NCBI GenBank assembly: GCA_043802295.1
Contig: JAZDLF010000002.1
Span: 1 to 35,133, forward strand
DNA from: Candidatus Woesearchaeota archaeon
GTDB taxonomy: Archaea; Nanobdellota; Nanobdellia; SCGC-AAA011-G17; JAPLZO01
Reading direction: 5' to 3'
DNA: 35,133 bases
The notes beneath the pieces were generated by a model. It searched no databases and had not been told where the DNA came from. It saw only the letters and a list, made by a program, of their open reading frames with translations. The translations under genes and the position numbers were made by a program. This document shows, in pieces, positions 7,642 to 16,764 of the stretch. Each line of letters opens with the position of its first letter. Within the stretch, counting starts at the first letter, position 1.

Positions 7642-9012
7642 ATGAAAAGAACTCATACATGTGGGGAGTTAAGTAAAAAAGATATAGGAAAAAAAGTAAT
7701 ATTATGCGGTTGGGCATCTTCTATAAGATCCCATGGAAAAATTACTTTTATAGATCTTAGAGATAGGTATGGTATTACTCAAATAGTTTTAAAAGAAAAC
7801 ATCGAAATAAAACCAGAATATGTTTTAAAAATACAAGGTACAGTTAAAAATAGACCATCACAAACAATAAATGAAAAAATTTCAACAGGTGAAATTGAAG
7901 TAGAATCTAATTCTATAGAAATAATAAATCCTTCTAAAACTTTACCTATAGAAATAGATGATAAAAAATCATTTTCTGATGAAATAAGATTAAAATATAG
8001 ATATTTAGATTTAAGAAGAAATAATATGCAACATAATATTATAACAAGACATAAAGTAACTCAAGCAACTAGAGAATACTTAAACAATCAAAACTTCTTA
8101 GAAATAGAAACACCATTATTAATGAAATCAACACCAGAAGGAGCTCGTGATTACCTTGTTCCATCTCGTGTTAATCCAGGTAAATTTTACTCATTACCTC
8201 AATCACCACAATTATACAAACAAATTTTAATGATTTCAGGTTTTGATAGATATTATCAAATTGCTCGTTGTCTAAGAGATGAAGACTTAAGACAAGATCG
8301 TCAACCAGAATTTACTCAAATTGATATAGAAATGGCTTTTATAGATGAAGATGATATTCATAATTTAATAGAAGGTATGTTAAAACATATTTTTAAAAAA
8401 GTTTTAAATATTGACATTAAAACACCATTTCCAAAAATAAAATATGAAGAAGCTATGAAAAAATATAATTCAGATAAACCTGATTTAAGAAAAGACAAAA
8501 ATAATCCAAAAGAATTTGCATTTTGCTGGGTTATAGATTTTCCATTATTTGAATATAGTAAGGAAGAAAAAAGACTTGTTGCAATGCATCATCCATTTAC
8601 TTCTCCAAAAGAAGAAGATTTAAAATTACTTGATAAAAATCCAGAAAAAGTTCGTGCAAAGGCCTATGATATTGTTTTAAATGGTATAGAACTTGGCGGG
8701 GGTTCTATAAGAATTCATAAAGAAGAAATTCAAAAGAAAATTTTTGATAATTTAAGCATTGATAAAAAAACAGCAGAAAAAAGATTTGGTTTTTTATTAG
8801 AAGCTTTATCTTATGGTGGTCCTATTCACGGCGGTATTGCTCTTGGTTTAGATAGATTAGTTGCTTTAATAACTGGAACAAATGATATTAGAGAAGTAAT
8901 AGCCTTCCCAAAAAATAAAGCAGCTCAATGTCCAATGGATGGTTGCCCTTCTGAAATTTCTGAAAAACAATTAAAAGAACTTAATATTAAATTAGATCTA
9001 AAGAAAAAATGA
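7642..9012 (+). CDS. aspS: Aspartyl-tRNA synthetase with a bacterial-type catalytic core but no GAD insertion domain
   Basis: N-terminal OB region (THTCGELSKKDIGKKVILCGWASSIRSHGKITFIDLRDRYG), motif 2 region (FYSLPQSPQLYKQILMISGFDRYYQIARCLRDEDLRQDRQPEFTQIDIEMAF), HHPFTSP and GGGSIRIH. Only about 12 aa separate SDKPDLR from WVIDFPLFE. Confidence 0.9.
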   Translation: MKRTHTCGELSKKDIGKKVILCGWASSIRSHGKITFIDLRDRYGITQIVLKENIEIKPEYVLKIQGTVKNRPSQTINEKISTGEIEVESNSIEIINPSKTLPIEIDDKKSFSDEIRLKYRYLDLRRNNMQHNIITRHKVTQATREYLNNQNFLEIETPLLMKSTPEGARDYLVPSRVNPGKFYSLPQSPQLYKQILMISGFDRYYQIARCLRDEDLRQDRQPEFTQIDIEMAFIDEDDIHNLIEGMLKHIFKKVLNIDIKTPFPKIKYEEAMKKYNSDKPDLRKDKNNPKEFAFCWVIDFPLFEYSKEEKRLVAMHHPFTSPKEEDLKLLDKNPEKVRAKAYDIVLNGIELGGGSIRIHKEEIQKKIFDNLSIDKKTAEKRFGFLLEALSYGGPIHGGIALGLDRLVALITGTNDIREVIAFPKNKAAQCPMDGCPSEISEKQLKELNIKLDLKKK

Positions 9013-9548
9013 AAATTACTATTCTTGGTGCAGGAGATATTTCTAAAATTCATAGACATTCTAAATTATCTGAATTAGAAGTTAAAACTTTAATTGAAGA
9101 TTTAGGTAAATTTCTTGCTGAAAAAAAAGTAGATTTAGTTATAGTACCTGCTCGTGGTATTCCCTATGAAGTAGCCAAAATTTATAAAGCAAATAGTGGT
9201 CCAAAAGTTATTGGTGTTATTCCTAAAGAAGATAAAGAATTTGGTATAATGCATATTCAAGAGTATATGCACATAAGTGATGAAGAAATAAATATTGGTG
9301 ATTGGTATGATTTAAATGGAAGAATTGCTTCTTTAAGTGATTATGCAATTTGTATTGGAATGTCTGGTGGCGCTATTTGTGATGTAGCAATGTTAAAATA
9401 TCATTACAAATATAAAGGTTCTAAAACCAAACTAATAATATTTAAAAACACAATTTCAAAAAAACTTCCTAAAGAAATAGAAGAGGATTTAGGAAATAAC
9501 TTAAAATATATAAATAAAGTATCACAACTAAAAAGGATATTAAAATGA
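9009..9548 (+). CDS. Rossmann-fold protein, LOG/TIGR00725 (DprA/Smf-related)-like
   Basis: The residue pattern is ITILGAGD ... LVIVPARGIPYEVAK ... VIGVIPKED ... LNGRIASLSDYAICIGMSGGAICDVAM. This is a weak family-level resemblance only. ATGA overlaps with aspS upstream and gatC downstream. Confidence 0.4.
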   Translation: MKITILGAGDISKIHRHSKLSELEVKTLIEDLGKFLAEKKVDLVIVPARGIPYEVAKIYKANSGPKVIGVIPKEDKEFGIMHIQEYMHISDEEINIGDWYDLNGRIASLSDYAICIGMSGGAICDVAMLKYHYKYKGSKTKLIIFKNTISKKLPKEIEEDLGNNLKYINKVSQLKRILK

Positions 9549-9829
9549 ACATTGATAAAGATCTAATTAAAAAAGTTGCTAAAAATGCACGTTTAAATTT
9601 AACAGAATCTGAAATAAAAGAATTTTTACCACAGTTAAAAGAAATTCTAAATAGTTTTTCTGTAATAAATGATGTTAATACAGATAATATTAAACCATCA
9701 TTTCAACCAATAGAAATAAAAAATGTTTATCGTGAGGATAAAGTTGAGAAATCATTAACTCAACGAGAAGCTTTAGCTAATACTAAACATAAAAAAGATG
9801 GTTTCTTTAAAGGACCAAAAGCAATATGA
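9545..9829 (+). CDS. gatC: Asp/Glu-tRNA amidotransferase subunit C
   Basis: 94 aa, directly upstream of gatA with an ATGA overlap. Its size and the sequence LTESEIKEFLPQLKEILNSFSVINDVNT...REDK are typical of GatC. Confidence 0.8.
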   Translation: MNIDKDLIKKVAKNARLNLTESEIKEFLPQLKEILNSFSVINDVNTDNIKPSFQPIEIKNVYREDKVEKSLTQREALANTKHKKDGFFKGPKAI

Positions 9830-11178
9830 AAGCTAATGAATTTGTACAAAAAGTAAAAAATCAAGAAATTAATATAATTGAACACACAAATAAAGTTCTA
9901 GATGAAGCTAAAAAAATAAATAAAAAATATAATTATTTTAATATTGTTTCAGAAGATTTAGCAATACAACAAGCAAAAAATATATCTAAAAATCCAAAAG
10001 GTAAATTAGCAGGATTACCAATTTCAATTAAAGATTGTATTTGTGTTAAAGATGTTGAATCAACAGCTGGTTCTAAAATTTTAAAGGATTATAAACCAGT
10101 TTTTAATGCAACAATAGTTCAAAATTTAATCAATGAAGGTGCTATAATAATTGGTAAAACTTCTCAAGATGAATTTGGTTTTGGTTCATTTTCAGTTAAT
10201 GTTGGTTTAGACAAAAAAATTCCAAAAAATCCTTATGATATTAATCGTGTTACTGGTGGTTCTTCAGGAGGAAGTGCTGGTTACACAGCAATAACAAAAT
10301 ATCCACATATTTCAATAGCAGAATCAACAGGAGGTTCTATTGTAAACCCAGCATCTTTTTGTGGTGTTGTTGGTTTATGTCCAACTTATGGTTTAGTTTC
10401 AAGATATGGACTTATTGATTATTCAAACTCTTTAGATAAAATAGGTCCAATGTCAAAATATGTTCATGATATAGATTTAGTATTACCCATAATAGCTCAA
10501 CATGATTTAAAAGATTCAACATCATTAAAAGAAAAAATAAATTCAGATTCTAAAATAAAAAAAATAGCAGTTATAAAAGAAACTTTAAACGTAGATGAAA
10601 AAATAAAAGATCTTATTTTAGACAAATTAGATAATTATGATACAATTTCTTTACCTTTAGTAGAAAAATATTCTTTAGCATGTTATTATATTATAGCAAT
10701 GTCAGAATCGTCAACAAATTTAGCAAAATATTGTGGTATTAGATATGGTTTATATCAAGAATTAAAAGGATCATTTGATGAATATTTTACTTCAGTAAGA
10801 TCTAAAGGATTTTCAAAAGAAGCAAAAAGAAGAATTATTTTAGGAACATTCGCAAGAATGGCTGGTTTTAGAGATGCTTATTATCTAAAAGCCATGAAAT
10901 TAAGAACTTTAATAATAAATGAATATAAAAAAGCATTTAAAAAATATGATTTGCTAGTTTCACCAACAATGCCAATCATAGCTCCAAAATTTACAGAGAT
11001 TAAAAAATTAACACCATTACAAAATTACATGATGGATGTTTTAACAGTTGGTCCTAATCTAGCTGGTTTGCCTCACATAACAAATAATGTGGGTTTAGTT
11101 AATAAAATGCCTGCTGGTATTATGTATATTGCAGATCATTTAAATGAAAATAAATTAATAGAAATAAATAAAAAATAA
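9826..11178 (+). CDS. gatA: Asp/Glu-tRNA amidotransferase subunit A (amidase signature family)
   Basis: Amidase signature sequence GGSSGGSAG, plus ISIKD and GKTSQDEFGFG. Confidence 0.9.
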   Translation: MKANEFVQKVKNQEINIIEHTNKVLDEAKKINKKYNYFNIVSEDLAIQQAKNISKNPKGKLAGLPISIKDCICVKDVESTAGSKILKDYKPVFNATIVQNLINEGAIIIGKTSQDEFGFGSFSVNVGLDKKIPKNPYDINRVTGGSSGGSAGYTAITKYPHISIAESTGGSIVNPASFCGVVGLCPTYGLVSRYGLIDYSNSLDKIGPMSKYVHDIDLVLPIIAQHDLKDSTSLKEKINSDSKIKKIAVIKETLNVDEKIKDLILDKLDNYDTISLPLVEKYSLACYYIIAMSESSTNLAKYCGIRYGLYQELKGSFDEYFTSVRSKGFSKEAKRRIILGTFARMAGFRDAYYLKAMKLRTLIINEYKKAFKKYDLLVSPTMPIIAPKFTEIKKLTPLQNYMMDVLTVGPNLAGLPHITNNVGLVNKMPAGIMYIADHLNENKLIEINKK

Positions 11179-11190
11179 GGCTATAATATT

Positions 11191-11643
11191 ATGAAAAGAA
11201 AAAAAGCAGATTTTTTCATTAAAAGATACCAATTAGAACATTTAGTTCCTTTAGCATTAACAACTCTTTCAATTTATTTCTGGTTTGTTTATTTTGAGCA
11301 GATATTAATAAAATTTATTGGTTTAATTGTAAACATAACTGGTTTGATTGTGTGGTGGTCTGCAAAAATAACAATTGGTGAAAATTGGAATGCTGGATAT
11401 GGACAACCAAAACTTAAAAAATTAGTAACTTATGGAATATACTCAAAAATCTGCCATCCGATGTACTGGGGGATAAATTTAACATTAATAGGACTATCAT
11501 TGATACACCAAAAAATTTGGTTAATATTAATAACCTTAATTATTATAGTTTATTTTTTCAGAAGAATGTATGTTGAAGATATTTACTTAAATAAAATATT
11601 AGGAAATAAATATCAAGAATACAAAAGAAAAACTTGGTTTTAA
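11191..11643 (+). CDS. Membrane methyltransferase of the ICMT/PEMT (isoprenylcysteine carboxyl / phospholipid methyltransferase) family
   Basis: Multi-TM 150-aa protein with the family motif LVTYGIYSKICHPMYWG. Confidence 0.6.
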   Translation: MKRKKADFFIKRYQLEHLVPLALTTLSIYFWFVYFEQILIKFIGLIVNITGLIVWWSAKITIGENWNAGYGQPKLKKLVTYGIYSKICHPMYWGINLTLIGLSLIHQKIWLILITLIIIVYFFRRMYVEDIYLNKILGNKYQEYKRKTWF

Positions 11644-11667
11644 GAAGTAAAAAATAAAAAGAAAAAA

Positions 11668-11871
11668 TTAGCCAGTTTTTATTCCTTGTCCAACATTACT
11701 TAAGCTATTATCACCAATAGTACTCTTAATTTCACTAGCTAGTTTTTTACTTATATCTAATGTATGTTTTCCTACTACATTCATAAAGTCTTTAGTTTCA
11801 TTATTATAATAATATAATCCTACCACTAATAAGATTAGTACAATTATGAGTAATGTTTTTAATAATCCCAT
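11668..11871 (-). CDS. Small single-TM membrane protein
   Basis: N-terminus is MGLLKTLLIIVLILLVVGLYYY. Its ATG lies 1 nt after the stop of the upstream untracked Zn-ribbon ORF. Confidence 0.45.
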   Translation of the reverse strand: MGLLKTLLIIVLILLVVGLYYYNNETKDFMNVVGKHTLDISKKLASEIKSTIGDNSLSNVGQGIKTG

Positions 11872-11872
11872 T

Positions 11873-12019
11873 TTATTTTTTGCCTAAGATTCTAAAAACT
11901 TTAGTCCCACAATTTGGGCAAACACCTTGCATGGCTTTTAAGCCTCTTTTCATCTCTATTTCTTTACCATCTTTAATCTCTACTTGCTTTTTACATTTCA
12001 TACATCTTCCTTCTACCAT
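11873..12019 (-). CDS. Small zinc-ribbon protein (48 aa), untracked ORF
   Basis: Hand translation gives MVEGRCMKCKKQVEIKDGKEIEMKRGLKAMQGVCPNCGTKVFRILGKK. The two CxxC pairs have the layout of a small, widely conserved Zn-ribbon family (I recall DUF5679, unverified). Confidence 0.6.
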   Translation of the reverse strand: MVEGRCMKCKKQVEIKDGKEIEMKRGLKAMQGVCPNCGTKVFRILGKK

Positions 12020-12131
12020 GTAAACACCTCCATTTAAATAATCATTAAATTTTACTTACTTTTATAACAAATTAGGGTATATAAATATTATTCAAAAGCT
12101 ATATAAATAATAAAAAACACAAATCTTAAAA

Positions 12132-13490
12132 ATGACTAAAATTGGCCTTGAGATTCATGTTCAATTAAACACGAAAAGTAAGATATTTTGTTCCTGTTCT
12201 ACAACTGGTAATGATATTCCTAATTCCCGAACATGTGTTTCATGTTTAGGTATGCCTGGCTCAAAACCTTCTTTAAACAAAGAAGTTATCATGCAAGCAT
12301 TAAAAATTGCTTTAGCTTTAAATTGTAAAATCTCAAATGAGATGTTTTTCTCACGTAAATCTTATTTTTATCCAGATTTACCTAAAAATTTTCAAATTAC
12401 ACAATATGAAATTCCTTTAGCAACAAGTGGTATTTTAGATGATATAAGAATTAGAAGAATTCATATTGAAGAAGACCCTGGTAAACTAGTTCATGTTGAT
12501 AGCACAACTCTAATAGACTATAATAGATCTGGTATTCCTTTAGTAGAAATAGTCACAGAACCAGATTTTAAAACGTCAAATGAAGTTAGGATTTTCTTAA
12601 ATAAATTAATAACAATCTTAGAATACTTAGATGTTTATTCACGAATTTCTGAAGCAAGTTTAAGAGCAGATGTTAATGTTTCTATTCCAGATGGTTCTCG
12701 TATAGAAATAAAAAATGTTAATGGAATAAAAGAAGTAGAAAAAGCAATTGAATATGAAATTCAAAGACAAAAAAAAGATATACCAAAAGAACAAGAAACA
12801 AGATCTTGGGATACAATAAAACAAAAAACATTTTTATTAAGAACAAAAGAAACAGAAGAAGACTATGGTTATATTTTCGAACCAGATTTAACAAAAATAG
12901 AATTATCTAAAGAATTAATAGAAAAAATAAAATCTGAATTACCAGAACTTGCTTTTGATAAATTAGAAAGATTTACAAAATATCTTAAAATTAAAGAAGG
13001 TGATGCAAAAGCATTAACTGCTGATATTTTATTAGCAGATTTATTTGAAAAGGTTTCTAAAAAAGTTAATCCAGAATTAGCAGCAAAATGGATAAGACGT
13101 GAATTACCTAGAGTATTACATTATAATAAAAAAACAATGAAAGACATACAAATTGATGAAACACATATGATAGAACTATTAAATTTATTAGAAACAGGAC
13201 AAATAACAAACACAACAGCTCAAAGAATAATAGAAAAACTAATAGAAAAACCATTCTCAGTAAAAGATTATGTTAAAAAAGAGGGTTTACTTATACTAAA
13301 TAAAGAAGATGAATTAAGAAAAGTTTGTTCAGAAATTTTAAAAGATAATCCAAAAGCTCTTAATGATTACAAATTAGGTGAGCAAAAAGCTTTAGACTTT
13401 ATAATAGGTAAAGTCATGGCTAAAACAAAAGGAACCTCAGATCCTAATTTGGTTAGAAAAATATTATTAGAATTAATTAAACAATTTTAA
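12132..13490 (+). CDS. gatB: Asp/Glu-tRNA amidotransferase subunit B
   Basis: N-terminus IGLEIHVQLNTKSKIFCSCS..., internal HIEEDPGK, and a C-terminal YqeY-like tail (ALDFIIGKVMAKTKGTSDPNLVRKILLELI). A TATA box (CTATATAAAT, 12099-12108) lies 24 nt upstream of the ATG. Confidence 0.9.
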   Translation: MTKIGLEIHVQLNTKSKIFCSCSTTGNDIPNSRTCVSCLGMPGSKPSLNKEVIMQALKIALALNCKISNEMFFSRKSYFYPDLPKNFQITQYEIPLATSGILDDIRIRRIHIEEDPGKLVHVDSTTLIDYNRSGIPLVEIVTEPDFKTSNEVRIFLNKLITILEYLDVYSRISEASLRADVNVSIPDGSRIEIKNVNGIKEVEKAIEYEIQRQKKDIPKEQETRSWDTIKQKTFLLRTKETEEDYGYIFEPDLTKIELSKELIEKIKSELPELAFDKLERFTKYLKIKEGDAKALTADILLADLFEKVSKKVNPELAAKWIRRELPRVLHYNKKTMKDIQIDETHMIELLNLLETGQITNTTAQRIIEKLIEKPFSVKDYVKKEGLLILNKEDELRKVCSEILKDNPKALNDYKLGEQKALDFIIGKVMAKTKGTSDPNLVRKILLELIKQF

Positions 13491-13919
13491 TTGATTTTCA
13501 TAGATTTTTTCTTTTGGGATTCCAAAAATACTTTGAAGATATAACATTAATTTAGATTCTTCCAAATATAATCTATTAACCTCTTTTTCAATTAATTCCT
13601 CAAATCCTCCAAAGCCATAGTAAAATTGGTGATATCCTCCTCCTATATTATAAACAAGGTGGTAAATTTCATGAGCTACAGATTTAATATCTTCTTGCGG
13701 TGTTATTGGTTTTATTTGGACAATCCTGCGTTCCATGTCAATTTTTGCTTTGCTAAAAATTTCTTTATTGTAAACAAATTTGAAGAGTTTGGATATCTTA
13801 TCAATATATAATTCACATAAAGGATATTTTTGAATATAATGTTTTAGTCCTAATAAATTCCATCTCTCCCAACTTCCTTCACGACTCCTAAAAGCCCATA
13901 ATTCTTCAGGTTGCAACAT
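13473..13919 (-). CDS. Small HExxH-motif protein (putative zinc metallopeptidase)
   Basis: 148 aa with the motif VAHEIYHLVYN. It is divergent from tldD and its 3' end overlaps the gatB 3' end by 18 nt. Confidence 0.4.
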   Translation of the reverse strand: MLQPEELWAFRSREGSWERWNLLGLKHYIQKYPLCELYIDKISKLFKFVYNKEIFSKAKIDMERRIVQIKPITPQEDIKSVAHEIYHLVYNIGGGYHQFYYGFGGFEELIEKEVNRLYLEESKLMLYLQSIFGIPKEKIYENQLKLFN

Positions 13920-14035
13920 AATTCAAGAAAATTTAAATATATTAATAAATTTTTTGGTTTTTATTTAGTAAAATTAATACAAAAAAATTTTGATCTCACA
14001 AACTTTATAAATAAATAAAATTAGACTAATATAAG

Positions 14036-15448
14036 ATGGATAAAGAATTAGCAGATTTTGCAATAGAATATCTACAAAAATTGGGTGCATCTTATGTAGA
14101 AGCTAGATTAGATGAATATTCTGGAAATTCTTTTGTTATGAAAAATGGTATACCTCAAATCTCAAGCTTTGATAATGTTTCAGGTTTAGGAATTAGATTT
14201 ATAATTAATAAAGCTCTTGGTTTTTTATCAACAAATGAATTAGAAAAAGAAAAAATAAAATTATTAATAGAAAAATCAATTAAAACAACTAAATCTGCTT
14301 CTAAATTAAATGAAAATATATCTTTTTCATCAGAACCAATTTACAAAGAAAATTATGAGGTAAAACAAAAAATAAATATTTTAGATTTAAGTCCAGAAGA
14401 AAAATTAAAAATATTGTTTGAAACACATAAGTTATTAAAAGATTCTAAAATAAAAATTCCAGGAAGTTTTTTTTCATTAGGTGATAATATAACAACAGAA
14501 TATATAACAACGTCAGAAGGAACAAGAATAACAGCGACAATTCCAAGAGTAAATTTTTTCTATTATATAACAATACAAGAGGGTAATAAAACATCACAAC
14601 GTTATTGGGATTATGGTGCATCAGGTGGTTTTGAGTTTATTCACTCATGGAATATTCCTCAATTATTATTAAATGAAGCAAAAGCTTGCCAAAATAATTT
14701 AAAAAAAGGAAAAAAATGTCCTTCAGGAAATTTAGATTTTGTAGTTGCCCCACAAGTTACAGCAATAATGGTTCATGAATCAGTTGGTCATCCATATGAA
14801 GCAGATCGTATTCTTGGCCGTGAAGCAGCACAAGCTGGTGAATCTTTTGTTAATGATAAAATGTTAAATACAAAAATAGGCTCTGAAATTGTAAATGTTG
14901 TTGATGATCCTACAATAGAAAATGGATATGGTTTTTATAAATATGATAATGAAGGTGTTAAATCCCGTAGAAAATATTTAATGAAAAATGGGATAATAAA
15001 CGAATTTTTGCACAATAGACAAACTGCTTTTCAAATGAACACAAATAGTAATGGTTCATCAAGAGCAGTTGACTATGATAAAGAACCAATAGTTAGAATG
15101 TCTAATACTATTTTATTAAATGGAGATTATAAAGAAGAAGAATTATTTGAAGATGTTAAATTGGGAATTTACATAAAAAATTTTATGGAATGGAATATTG
15201 ATGATAAAAGATTTAATCAAAAATATGTTGGTGCAGAATCTTTCTTAATTAAAAACGGTAAAATTCAAAATCCAATTATAAATCCAGTTATTGAAATAAC
15301 AACCCCAAAATTATGGTCATCAATAGATGCAATTGCAAATAATACAGAATATCATGCTGGTAATTGTGGAAAAGGAGAACCTATGCAAGCAATTCCAGTT
15401 TGGTTTGGTGGTCCATCAATGAGATTAAGAAATATAAAGGTGTTATAA
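14036..15448 (+). CDS. tldD: TldD-family metalloprotease
   Basis: HExxxH motif in MVHESVGHPYEADR. Length and C-terminus (GGPSMRLRNIKV) are typical of the family. TATA box CTTTATAAAT (14003-14012) lies 24 nt upstream. Confidence 0.85.
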   Translation: MDKELADFAIEYLQKLGASYVEARLDEYSGNSFVMKNGIPQISSFDNVSGLGIRFIINKALGFLSTNELEKEKIKLLIEKSIKTTKSASKLNENISFSSEPIYKENYEVKQKINILDLSPEEKLKILFETHKLLKDSKIKIPGSFFSLGDNITTEYITTSEGTRITATIPRVNFFYYITIQEGNKTSQRYWDYGASGGFEFIHSWNIPQLLLNEAKACQNNLKKGKKCPSGNLDFVVAPQVTAIMVHESVGHPYEADRILGREAAQAGESFVNDKMLNTKIGSEIVNVVDDPTIENGYGFYKYDNEGVKSRRKYLMKNGIINEFLHNRQTAFQMNTNSNGSSRAVDYDKEPIVRMSNTILLNGDYKEEELFEDVKLGIYIKNFMEWNIDDKRFNQKYVGAESFLIKNGKIQNPIINPVIEITTPKLWSSIDAIANNTEYHAGNCGKGEPMQAIPVWFGGPSMRLRNIKVL

Positions 15449-16764
15449 TGTCACAAGAACTTGCTAAATATTTACTAGAAAAATTAAAAAAAGAAAATGT
15501 AGATGATATAGTTATATCATTATCTTCAATAAATAATACCTTAATTAAATTCTATAATAATAAAATAGCTACAACAAAAATTTGGAATTCAAAAGATTTA
15601 GGAATATTTGTAGCTATTAAAAAAAGGTTAATATCAACATCATTAAAAACATTTACAAAAGAAGCAGCTGATTCAACAGTCAAAAAAATTTTAGCCTTCA
15701 GTAGAACTATCCTTCCAAATGAAGAATATCAAGGTATAGCTAAAGGTCCTTTTAAATATAGAAATATAAATGAAACTTATGATAAAAAAGTTATTGATAT
15801 TGATCCTGTTGATTATGTACAAAAAGGAATTAATATAGCTTTAGAAAATGGAGCAAAAAGAACAGCAGGTTTGTTTGAAACATCAGTTGCAGACATTTAT
15901 TTATTAACATCTAATAATATACAAGCACAAGAAAAAGGCACAGACCTATATTTTTCAATAAGAGCTTTATGCAATAAAGAAGAGTCTGGGCATTATGTTG
16001 CTAATTCTCGTGTTTTAAACAAATTAAATTTTGAAAAATCAGCTCAAAAAGCAGCACACATAGCCAATCTTGCTAAAAATCCACAACAGGGTTTACCTGG
16101 AAAATATGATGTTGTTTTTGATAATTTATCATTTGCAAATATAATTGATAATCTTGGTTATCATTTCTCAATTTATAATGTTGAGTCTAGGTTATCATGC
16201 TTAAACAATAAATTAAATAAAAAGATAGCAAATACCAAATTAAATTTATATGATGATGCAACTTTACCAAATGGAATTAATTCAATAAGTTTTGATTCAG
16301 AAGGAGTTCCAACACAAAAAAATACTTTAATAAAAAATGGTATTCTAAAAACTTATCTATATAATACATCTACTGCTAAAAAATATAAAACAAAAACAAC
16401 AGCAAATGCAGGTTTAATTAGTCCACATCCATTTAATTTAGTAATAGATCCTGGTAATTCTAAAGATTTAATTTCAGAGGTTAAAAAAGGTATTTACATA
16501 ACAAATGTTTGGTATACAAGATTTCAAAATCATGATACAGGTCAATTTTCAACAATTCCTCGTGATGGTATATTTTATATTAAAAATGGTAAAATTGATC
16601 ATCCAATAAAAGATATAAGAATCTCAGATAATATATTAAATTTAATGAAGAACATAAAATCATTAAGCAAAGACCAAGAACAAATTAGAAGTTGGGAAGT
16701 TGAAACACCTTGTATATTACCACAAGCGCTAATAAAAAATGTTAATATAACAAAATCACAATAA
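15448..16764 (+). CDS. pmbA: PmbA/TldE-family protein, partner of TldD
   Basis: I place the start at ATG 15448 (MSQELAKYLLEKL...), which overlaps the tldD stop as TAATG. The track start at 15364 is a TTG inside tldD. It is paralogous to TldD but lacks the HExxxH motif. Confidence 0.8.
   Translation: MSQELAKYLLEKLKKENVDDIVISLSSINNTLIKFYNNKIATTKIWNSKDLGIFVAIKKRLISTSLKTFTKEAADSTVKKILAFSRTILPNEEYQGIAKGPFKYRNINETYDKKVIDIDPVDYVQKGINIALENGAKRTAGLFETSVADIYLLTSNNIQAQEKGTDLYFSIRALCNKEESGHYVANSRVLNKLNFEKSAQKAAHIANLAKNPQQGLPGKYDVVFDNLSFANIIDNLGYHFSIYNVESRLSCLNNKLNKKIANTKLNLYDDATLPNGINSISFDSEGVPTQKNTLIKNGILKTYLYNTSTAKKYKTKTTANAGLISPHPFNLVIDPGNSKDLISEVKKGIYITNVWYTRFQNHDTGQFSTIPRDGIFYIKNGKIDHPIKDIRISDNILNLMKNIKSLSKDQEQIRSWEVETPCILPQALIKNVNITKSQ

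Noticed and set aside
13626-13811. 61-aa plus-strand ORF
   Set aside because: It lies antisense inside the HExxH ORF and has no start context. The minus-strand frame is the better candidate, though it is itself only moderately supported.
15364-15447. Upstream start for the PmbA-like ORF
   Set aside because: It is a TTG codon lying inside the tldD coding region. ATG 15448 overlaps the tldD stop as TAATG and gives a typical PmbA N-terminus.
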